Assembly (NCBI GenBank): GCA_016839445.1
Contig: JAEOUG010000135.1
Coordinates: 1-15,276 of the forward strand
Origin: Candidatus Thorarchaeota archaeon
Lineage (GTDB): Archaea; Asgardarchaeota; Thorarchaeia; Thorarchaeales; Thorarchaeaceae
DNA: 15,276 nt
Direction: 5' to 3'
In this document: positions 5,959-13,081 of the stretch, in pieces
Numbering within the stretch: the first letter of the stretch is position 1
Layout of the letters: every line of letters begins with the position of its first letter
Notes under the pieces: generated by a model
The model's database searches: none
Seen by the model: only the letters and a program-made list of their open reading frames with translations
What the model was told of the DNA's origin: nothing
Made by a program: the position numbers and the translations under genes

Positions 5959-8085
5959 CTAGAACAGACTGATGAACCAGACGTTCAACCGAGCGATTAT
6001 TGGCAGGAACAGAGTAGCAGTCAAGGAGATGACCACAAGAAGGGTGTTGATTGAGGGTCCGGCCGTGTCTTTGAACGGGTCTCCAACCATATCTCCAAGA
6101 ACCGCGTTGTCATGTATCTGCTCATATCGAGGGTCATCGTGATTGTAGTCTGGCGATTCGATGTACTTCTTCGTGTTGTCCCAAGCTCCCCCTGCATTGC
6201 TCATCAGGAGAGCCATGATGAAGCCCATGATGACAGCGCCGCCAAGATAACCGGCCAGTGCTTCAAGACCGAGAATCATGCCTGTCAGGATGGTTACACC
6301 AATCGCCATGAGCGTCGAGGGCATTAGTTCTCGTATGGCCCCCGAAGTGGCAATGGAAATGCATCTGTCATAGTCAGGCTTTGACGTTCCTGCTAGGATT
6401 CCTGGGTCTTCGTCAAATTGCCTGCGGATGTCTTCGATCATCCTCCCCGCATTCCGGTCGACACCTAGAATCAGGAAGGCCGAGAATGTGACGGGTACTA
6501 GTGCACCGATGAATGCTCCTGCCAGTATGAATGGGTCTGCCAGGTTCACTGAGATCTCAAAAGCAAGTAAGGCATCTACTGACTCGATGAATGCTGCAAA
6601 GAGGGCAAGGACAGAGATGGCTGCAGATCCAATGGCAAAACCCTTCGTAATTGCCTTCACTGTGTTCCCAGCAGCGTCAAGTCTGTCGCACGCGATTATC
6701 GCTTCCTCTGAAGCATCCGCCTGCTCGATAACTCCACGGGCATTGTCCACAATTGGACCATAGCTATCAGAACTCATCGTGAATCCGTTTGTGGCTAGCA
6801 ATCCCACGGCGGAAATCGCAACTGCATAGATACCACCTTGCCACACTCCGAGTCCGGGTGATGTCGCAGTGATTCCAAAGATGAACGATGCGACTAAGGC
6901 TGCAACTACGCCAAGTACAGACGGCACTGCACTGAGGAGACCATAGGAGTAGCCAGAGAGAATCAGATTGGCTGCGCTTTTCTCAGAGTCGTCAACCATG
7001 TCCATGAGTGGCTTAAAGCCAAAGAGGCCCCTTTGACTGGTGAACACATTCGATGTGATCCCTATGAACACCCCTGCCACAAGACCTGCTATGGCCGAGA
7101 AGGCAATCATGAGGTCAATCTGGAGCACCCAGAGTGTGGTCAGAATCAACACCATGAAGATGCCAGTGGTGGCGTAGGTGCCCCGGTCCAGGGCTGTTCC
7201 AGGATCATCACAGCAGTCAGGCCTCACAAAGAAGATCCCAATCACAGATGCGATATTGCCAAGTCCGGCGATGAGCAGAGGCAGCAGGCTGTATGCAAAT
7301 GGAATCGTGAACATCACATCAAGCGTCGCTCCCAGAAGAGCGGCTGCAAGTATCGCTGCAACATTGCTGTCGAAAATGTCAGCTCCAGTACCTGCGACGT
7401 CGCCTACATTGTCGCCAACAGCATCGGCTATGGCAGCAGGATTCCTTGGGTCGTCCTCCGGTATCTGCTGCTCTATCTTGCCGACGATATCCGCGGACAT
7501 GTCTGCGGTCTTCGTGAAGATACCACCGCCAGCCTTGGCAAAGAGAGCAACCGTGCTGGCCCCAAAGGAAAAGCCAGTGAGTATCTCCCAAAGAACCGGA
7601 GCATCATAGGCAGGAAACACGAAGTCCCATAGCCAGTAGAGAGCAGTCAAGCCAACCAGGGCAATCCCTGCAATCATCAGACCCATCACCGACCCAGCTC
7701 GGAAAGCGATGTTGAAGGCAGGATTCAGACCTCCATCTGCCGCTGCTGCCGCTGTTCTACGATTGGCTCTCGTAGCAACGGCAAGCCCGACGTACCCCGC
7801 ACTCATACTAGCAGTTGACCCAATGATGTAGGAGATGGCTATTGGCGGACCCAGTTCTCCAAAGGCGAGGGATATGATCAGAGCGAAGACCGCAGTGAAC
7901 GCACCGAGAATCCGGTACTGAATCCGGATGTAGGATACTGCGCCATCCTGAATGAGCCGGCTTACCTCTCGCATATTCTCGTTGCCCTCATCTGCCTTCA
8001 TCACAGCTCGATATGATAGGAGCGAAACAAGAACAGAGAGAAGCCCGGCAAGAAGCGCGACTGAAACAAACAACACATCGGACAT
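5959..8085 (-). CDS. hppA: Membrane-bound ion-translocating pyrophosphatase, divergent, with the K+-independent signature
   Basis: 708-aa polytopic protein with GGGIFTKxAD, GKIE, PEDDPRNP, GDNVGD, DSYGPIVDNA, LDAAGNTVKA, GGAWDNxKK and GDxVGDPFKDT. Confidence 0.93.
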   Translation of the reverse strand: MSDVLFVSVALLAGLLSVLVSLLSYRAVMKADEGNENMREVSRLIQDGAVSYIRIQYRILGAFTAVFALIISLAFGELGPPIAISYIIGSTASMSAGYVGLAVATRANRRTAAAAADGGLNPAFNIAFRAGSVMGLMIAGIALVGLTALYWLWDFVFPAYDAPVLWEILTGFSFGASTVALFAKAGGGIFTKTADMSADIVGKIEQQIPEDDPRNPAAIADAVGDNVGDVAGTGADIFDSNVAAILAAALLGATLDVMFTIPFAYSLLPLLIAGLGNIASVIGIFFVRPDCCDDPGTALDRGTYATTGIFMVLILTTLWVLQIDLMIAFSAIAGLVAGVFIGITSNVFTSQRGLFGFKPLMDMVDDSEKSAANLILSGYSYGLLSAVPSVLGVVAALVASFIFGITATSPGLGVWQGGIYAVAISAVGLLATNGFTMSSDSYGPIVDNARGVIEQADASEEAIIACDRLDAAGNTVKAITKGFAIGSAAISVLALFAAFIESVDALLAFEISVNLADPFILAGAFIGALVPVTFSAFLILGVDRNAGRMIEDIRRQFDEDPGILAGTSKPDYDRCISIATSGAIRELMPSTLMAIGVTILTGMILGLEALAGYLGGAVIMGFIMALLMSNAGGAWDNTKKYIESPDYNHDDPRYEQIHDNAVLGDMVGDPFKDTAGPSINTLLVVISLTATLFLPIIARLNVWFISLF

Positions 8086-8104
8086 CTTCGAGTCATCAGG
8101 TCAG

Positions 8105-8119
8105 TATTACCGTGTAATA
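8105..8119. promoter_or_regulatory. Inverted repeat (putative operator) overlapping the TATA-like box of hppA
   Basis: TATTAC-CGT-GTAATA is a perfect 6-3-6 palindrome that overlaps TATATTA on the minus strand. Confidence 0.4.
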
Positions 8120-8227
8120 TAGGCGTTCGCATTTGGCAAGACCAGTTCAGGTTCCCGTTGCGCCAAGGTTGGTCCTTTTTATTCAATTCAGCGTGCTCCA
8201 CCGCAGACTAACCACCGAGTTGATGAT

Positions 8228-9583
8228 ATGAGAACAAGCAAGACGACTTGGATCACACTTCTCATGTTGGCTTCTCTGATGGTGATTGCGTTTGGGAACG
8301 GTGTTGTGCTCGCAGACCCTGCGGACAATCAGGGGCCGGATAGCGAAGCTACAGCAGTCCTAGCGTACACACCACACGATGCCATCTGGATTGATGGAAA
8401 CGCCGAGATGGTGGCACAGGCCACCGCCGAAATGTGGCCCGGCAACGGGTCGGAGTCGGCACCGTACATGATCACTGGCTACTACTTCGACCAATACACA
8501 CAGCCCCTTAGAATCTGGAACACAGATCTTCATTGGGTATTCAGCGGGAACGAGGTAACCGGAGACCCCACGGTACAGTGTGGCACCTGGATAACGAACT
8601 GCTCGAACGGAGTCATCTCTGACAACTACATACATGGCAGACACGCGGGTATGTGGCTTGAGGATCTGACGAATTTCAGCATCATTGACAACATTGTCTC
8701 AAACAACAGAGCTCACGCAATCGAGATTGCTGGGGTTGTCCGGGAGTCTGTCATATCTGGCAACACAATCGACGGCAATCTTGGTTCGGGAATTCGAATC
8801 ACTGCAGTGATTGACTCCGTTGTATCCGAGAACAGCATCACAGACTGTGACGGCGCAGGCATCCAAGTGCTAAGTACTGCAGACGCATCCGAATTCTATG
8901 ACAACGACATCTGTGAAGTCACCTCAATAGGACTGCAGCTCGGTTACTCCACTTCTGTGCATGTTGAGAGAAACAGCATTTCCAATGCAACGGCAAGTGG
9001 CATCTACATCTTGGGCTCTGAGAGTTGTACGGTATTCAACAACTCCGTTTCAAATGGCCAGCAGAACGGGATCAGATTCACAAACTGCAATTTTGGAAGC
9101 ATAGAGAACAACACTGTTTCAGACTGTCTCGATGCAGGAATATCTGTGTCCTCTGGGACCAACTCAACATTCAGGTTCAACAGGGTTCACAACACAGGGC
9201 AGTACGGATTCGAACTTGGCGCTAGTAGCTCCAACATGACAATCACTAGGAACGCATTCTATTCCTGCGGGTCAAACTGTCAGATACTAGACGATGGAAC
9301 GGACAACATGTTCATCTTCAACTTCTATAATGACTGGTCCAGCCCGGACGAGAATCTCGATGGGATTGTCGACAATCCATACTCAGCGGATGGGTCATCT
9401 CTGAATCTAGACCCCTATCCCCTGTCGGATCCTAACATCGTGCCAGTCACACCTACTTCAGGAACTGAAACAGGCACCGGGACGTCTGAGGGAGAAGGCT
9501 TTCCGTTGAATCTTGCAGTCGTTGCTGCAGGAGCACTCGTTGTCATAGTCCTTGGTGGATTCTTCGTGAGGAGGAAGCTGTAA
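8228..9583 (+). CDS. Secreted, membrane-anchored right-handed parallel beta-helix (NosD/PbH1-like) protein
   Basis: Signal peptide, WPGNG..PY.I cap, many GI.l....s.i..N.i repeats, Thr/Gly linker, C-terminal TM helix plus RRKL, and several N-x-S/T sequons. Confidence 0.85.
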   Translation: MRTSKTTWITLLMLASLMVIAFGNGVVLADPADNQGPDSEATAVLAYTPHDAIWIDGNAEMVAQATAEMWPGNGSESAPYMITGYYFDQYTQPLRIWNTDLHWVFSGNEVTGDPTVQCGTWITNCSNGVISDNYIHGRHAGMWLEDLTNFSIIDNIVSNNRAHAIEIAGVVRESVISGNTIDGNLGSGIRITAVIDSVVSENSITDCDGAGIQVLSTADASEFYDNDICEVTSIGLQLGYSTSVHVERNSISNATASGIYILGSESCTVFNNSVSNGQQNGIRFTNCNFGSIENNTVSDCLDAGISVSSGTNSTFRFNRVHNTGQYGFELGASSSNMTITRNAFYSCGSNCQILDDGTDNMFIFNFYNDWSSPDENLDGIVDNPYSADGSSLNLDPYPLSDPNIVPVTPTSGTETGTGTSEGEGFPLNLAVVAAGALVVIVLGGFFVRRKL

Positions 9584-11244
9584 TGGATGCGAAGCACCTT
9601 TGCAGAGTGATAGGATCTGCTCTTCTACTGATCTCACTTCTCACCTTTGCATCAGCAAATTATGGCCCTACGCTCTTCACTCCGGTTCTTCATGAGGGGC
9701 CAGAAGGAGTGAACATTGGAGCCGCAGATTCGAACTTCTCAACCTACATCGGCGGCAGCGACGATGAGGATGCCACGAAAGTGACCTTTGACAATGAAGG
9801 CAATACCATTCTGATCGGACAGACAGGATCAGGTGACTTCCCTGTGACAACAGGAGTAGTTCAGGAAGCCTATGGAGGTGGGAGTTGGGATGCCTTTGTT
9901 GTCAAGTTCAATCCAAGTGGTGACATCCTCTTCGCTACGCTTCTTGGCGGCAACGCCTACGAACACGTGACGTGGGTGACTGTCGACGATTCCAATAACA
10001 TCATCGTCGCCGGAACGACCAGTTCCACCAATTTCCCAACTACCGAGTCAGCGTACAAGGAAACATACCAGGGCGGAGGAGACGGCTTCATCTCAAAGCT
10101 GAGCCCAGATGGAGAGACCCTTCTGTTCTCGACCTACTTCGGCGGAACAGGAGAGGACTGGATCTATGGGATGGAGTTCGACGGATCAGGCAATCTGATG
10201 TTCACTGGTTGGACAACAAGCACTGGTCTCGCTACATCAGGAGTTGTGCAAGAGACACACGGAGGCAACTTGGACATCTTTCTAGCGAAGTTGAGCTCGA
10301 ACGGACAAAACCTCCACATGTTCTCCTACCTCGGAGGAACAGGGTTTGACCGTGGCTGGACATTGGCCAGTGATGAAGCTCACAACTACGTCATCACCGG
10401 TGTCACGACCAGTTCGGACTTCCCGACCACTATCGACGCGCTCCAGTCGGAGAAGAGCGGCGCCGATGATGCGTATCTTGCGGTGGTATCGTCGGACGGA
10501 ACTCACCTGAACTACTCCTCGTACCTTGGTGGCTCGGCTGATGACTACGGCCTTGGGATAAAGGTAGACTCGAGCCAGAACATCATTCTAGCAGGAGTCA
10601 CCGAGTCGGCGAACTTCAATGTCACGAACGCATATCAGGGAGCAACAGGCGGGTATGATGACATATTCATCACAAAGATCACGCCTAACCGGAGCTACGC
10701 GTTCTCGACCTATCTTGGAGGCTCAAGTTATGACCGGGCCTGGGAGCTGGCAGTGGACCATGATGACAACATCATTGTCCTAGGCAGAAGCACTTCGTCG
10801 GACTATCCGGTGGTCGACGCCTACCAAGATGAGAACCAAGGACTTTGGGATGCTGTAGTCACCAAGATGGCAGCAGACGGCCAGTCATTGATCAAGTCAA
10901 CGTATTGGGGCGGCAGCTACACAGACCTTGGAGAAGGAGTAGCAGTTGACTCAGAGGGGCACGTGGTCATCTCGGGCTCTACTAGCTCCGATGACATTCC
11001 GATTTCTGAAGGGGCCGCTCAGACCGAACTCGGGGGAGCTCCGGACGTGTTTGTGTCACATATCGCTTTTGATCCAGCCCCAGAAGAGCCCACCACAACC
11101 ACAACAGGCTCCTCGTCAACGACAACGAATACTACGGCGGGATCAACTGGAGGCAATCCGCTAGGCCTTGTTCCTCTGGCAGTTATTGGTATAGCTGCAG
11201 TCGTCGTCCTCCTACTTGGGGTTGCCTTGAAGTCACGCAAGTAG
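9583..11244 (+). CDS. Secreted, membrane-anchored SBBP-repeat beta-propeller protein
   Basis: Signal peptide and seven repeats of the form sTYlGG...D....vD..gn.iv.G.T.S.dFP. Thr-rich linker, TM helix plus KSRK. Overlaps the upstream gene at TAATG. Confidence 0.88.
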   Translation: MDAKHLCRVIGSALLLISLLTFASANYGPTLFTPVLHEGPEGVNIGAADSNFSTYIGGSDDEDATKVTFDNEGNTILIGQTGSGDFPVTTGVVQEAYGGGSWDAFVVKFNPSGDILFATLLGGNAYEHVTWVTVDDSNNIIVAGTTSSTNFPTTESAYKETYQGGGDGFISKLSPDGETLLFSTYFGGTGEDWIYGMEFDGSGNLMFTGWTTSTGLATSGVVQETHGGNLDIFLAKLSSNGQNLHMFSYLGGTGFDRGWTLASDEAHNYVITGVTTSSDFPTTIDALQSEKSGADDAYLAVVSSDGTHLNYSSYLGGSADDYGLGIKVDSSQNIILAGVTESANFNVTNAYQGATGGYDDIFITKITPNRSYAFSTYLGGSSYDRAWELAVDHDDNIIVLGRSTSSDYPVVDAYQDENQGLWDAVVTKMAADGQSLIKSTYWGGSYTDLGEGVAVDSEGHVVISGSTSSDDIPISEGAAQTELGGAPDVFVSHIAFDPAPEEPTTTTTGSSSTTTNTTAGSTGGNPLGLVPLAVIGIAAVVVLLLGVALKSRK

Positions 11245-11246
11245 CC

Positions 11247-11279
11247 GGTGGGAGGGTAACGCCCTCCCCCCTTCTTTTT
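11247..11279 (+). terminator. Hairpin plus T-tract terminator
   Basis: GGGAGGG, loop TAACG, CCCTCCC, followed by TTCTTTTT directly after the stop at 11244. Confidence 0.7.
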
Positions 11280-11389
11280 CCTATGCGGCATTTGAGCCGT
11301 CCGAGCCCCAAATCGCTTCAGCCAAGGCTCTGAATAGAAACGGTTGCTATGAACCCACGGCTTTTATCCAACTGAATCCAACATCATAT

Positions 11390-11534
11390 GGGGCGTTAGG
11401 TTTCCTACGGCCCGCCCGAGGCAGACAGGTCACAAGGCGTTGAGCTCACATTCCACTTAGCTTTCTCGAATTCAATGCAGGTCCATAACACGCGCAGTGT
11501 CTGTGGTCATTGACGCTGTCTGCTTCGGGTTCTT
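11390..11534 (+). ncRNA. Candidate structured non-coding RNA of unknown family
   Basis: An 18-bp closing stem (11415-11432 with 11511-11529, one bulge) encloses two hairpins. There is an additional 5' hairpin, TTTTAT 22 nt upstream and TTCTT downstream. G-U pairs favour the plus strand. Confidence 0.5.
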
Positions 11535-11542
11535 GTAGCAGC

Positions 11543-11983
11543 TCAGACATACGAGCCTTCATCTGGAGACACTAGTTGCGCAAGGATTGACTCATAGTCT
11601 GTATAGCGTCTGAGCCCAGGGATGTTCCCAATGGCCGTTCCATTCTTGAACACAATAACATTGGGCACCGATTGTACACTGAACTGCGTTGCTGTACGAC
11701 GGTTCTGATCAATGTCCACCTTCGCAAAGAACACTTTCCCAGCGTATTCAGATGCAAGCTCCGCAAAGATAGGAGCAAGAGCCTTGCACGGAGAGCACCA
11801 CTCACCATAGAAGTCAACGAAAGCAAGCTTGGCCTGCTGAATTGTCTGCCAGAAGTTGCTATCAAAGAGAGGGTTCACCTTGCCGTTCGCCATTGGTTCC
11901 TGAACCTTGGGCTGCTGAGCGCGTTCCATGAGAAGCTGCATCTTTCTCTTTCGGATTGCCTCGAGTTCGTCATCACTCAACAC
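11543..11983 (-). CDS. trxA: Thioredoxin with N-terminal helical extension
   Basis: VDFYGEWCSPC active site, KVDID, cis-Pro motif SVP and FKNG. GAGGTG SD 5 nt before the GTG start. Confidence 0.92.
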   Translation of the reverse strand: MLSDDELEAIRKRKMQLLMERAQQPKVQEPMANGKVNPLFDSNFWQTIQQAKLAFVDFYGEWCSPCKALAPIFAELASEYAGKVFFAKVDIDQNRRTATQFSVQSVPNVIVFKNGTAIGNIPGLRRYTDYESILAQLVSPDEGSYV

Positions 11984-11997
11984 GTGAACACCTCATT

Positions 11998-12024
11998 CGG
12001 TTGTGCGTCGAACTTGCACAATCG
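11998..12024. promoter_or_regulatory. Imperfect inverted repeat upstream of trx
   Basis: CGGTTGTGC-N9-GCACAATCG, with 8 of 9 positions complementary. Confidence 0.3.
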
Positions 12025-12065
12025 TATTTGAATTCTTCGGTAGACACTCGGCGTAGGAGGAGCGG

Positions 12066-12071
12066 TTTATA
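12066..12071 (+). promoter_or_regulatory. TATA box of the DMT gene
   Basis: TTTATA 36 nt upstream of the ATG at 12108. Confidence 0.5.
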
Positions 12072-12107
12072 TTGCGCACTGAATCCCCGATGTGACGAGG
12101 ACGCAAG

Positions 12108-13037
12108 ATGGAAGAGAGCCCCCAGAGATACTATCTGATCCTCCTAGTGGCAATGGTCTTCTGGGGAGGATCATGGGTCTCCGCAAAGATAGTTGTGGGT
12201 ATAGCACCCCCAATGACTATCGGGTTCTTCAGATTCCTGATTGGCGGCGTTCTCTTCTTCGTGCTACTGGCCTTCACCTCACGCAGACCTCTCGGATTCT
12301 TCTCGCGAGAGAACATACCAGTGTTGCTCCTTGTCGGCCTGACTGGCATCTACGGTTACGGCGTGCTGTTCCTGAACGGCATGACACTGACAACTGCTGC
12401 ACAGGGGGCAATAATCGCGGGATTCAACCCTGTGACTGTTAGCATCTTCGCGCACTTGATACACAAAGAACGTCTTGAGAGGAGGTGGCAATACATAGGC
12501 TACATCTCGGCTTTCGTTGGTGTCATCTTCGTGGTCGGCATCCAGGCGCTTCTCGACTTCAGAATCGAATATCTTCTCGGGAACATCATCATTCTAGGAG
12601 CCATGGTGACCTGGGGCCTGTACTCCTCTGTTGGTAAGGAGGCGATGAAGAGGATGAGCCCACTGGAGGTGAACGCAGGAGGAGCCCTGTTTGGGACAAT
12701 CCTATTCGGTGTTGGTGCAGTCTATGAGGGCTTCTGGGCTCTCCCCGCAATGATTGATCCTGTGTTCTGGGTAAACGTTCTATATCTGGGAGTGTTCGTA
12801 ACGTTCGTGGGCTTCCTATTCTATTTCATCGGCATCAAGAACATAGGAGCATCTCAGTCCGGAGGCTTCATCAACCTCGTCCCTGTATTCGGTGTGCTGC
12901 TTTCTGCGATAGTCCTCCCTGGTGAGCCAATCTACTGGACGTTCATGGTCGGACTACTACTCGTCATTCTGGGAATCTCCCTCGTGAACTTCCCTCAGAG
13001 AAGCAGTGGGAGTTCGCCCAAGACACAAGAAACATAA
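12108..13037 (+). CDS. EamA/DMT family transporter
   Basis: 309 aa, about 10 TM helices in two repeats: FWGGSW..K, PP....FRF, P.......HKER, LGN, WGLYS and NLVPVFG. Confidence 0.9.
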   Translation: MEESPQRYYLILLVAMVFWGGSWVSAKIVVGIAPPMTIGFFRFLIGGVLFFVLLAFTSRRPLGFFSRENIPVLLLVGLTGIYGYGVLFLNGMTLTTAAQGAIIAGFNPVTVSIFAHLIHKERLERRWQYIGYISAFVGVIFVVGIQALLDFRIEYLLGNIIILGAMVTWGLYSSVGKEAMKRMSPLEVNAGGALFGTILFGVGAVYEGFWALPAMIDPVFWVNVLYLGVFVTFVGFLFYFIGIKNIGASQSGGFINLVPVFGVLLSAIVLPGEPIYWTFMVGLLLVILGISLVNFPQRSSGSSPKTQET

Positions 13038-13081
13038 CACGGTGATTGAGTTCACTAGGCAAGTTAACAGGTGAAACGGTC

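Noticed and set aside
6112-7632. Antisense and alternate-frame ORFs (for example 7033..7632 and 7178..7609, and similar ones across the window)
   Set aside because: They are shadows of well-supported genes and show no recognisable motifs.
11090-11140. ACN-codon microrepeat (accacaaccacaaca)
   Set aside because: It encodes the Thr-rich linker and is not a CRISPR array or an independent repeat.
11318-11388. C/D box sRNA on the minus strand (ATGATGT ... CTGA)
   Set aside because: The C box is degenerate, there is no convincing D'/C' pair, and I recognise no rRNA guide.
11414-11530. 5S rRNA, tRNA or hammerhead identity for the structured element
   Set aside because: Size and topology resemble 5S, but the loop C CCGAAC motif, a tRNA T-arm or cloverleaf, and the CUGANGA/GAAA core are all absent.
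11480-11545. Selenocysteine readthrough of the trx TGA with a SECIS-like ATGA...GA stem downstream on the minus strand
   Set aside because: The thioredoxin domain is complete with CxxC, the TGA has no redox-motif context, the apical loop lacks the conserved As, and G-U pairs favour the opposite strand.
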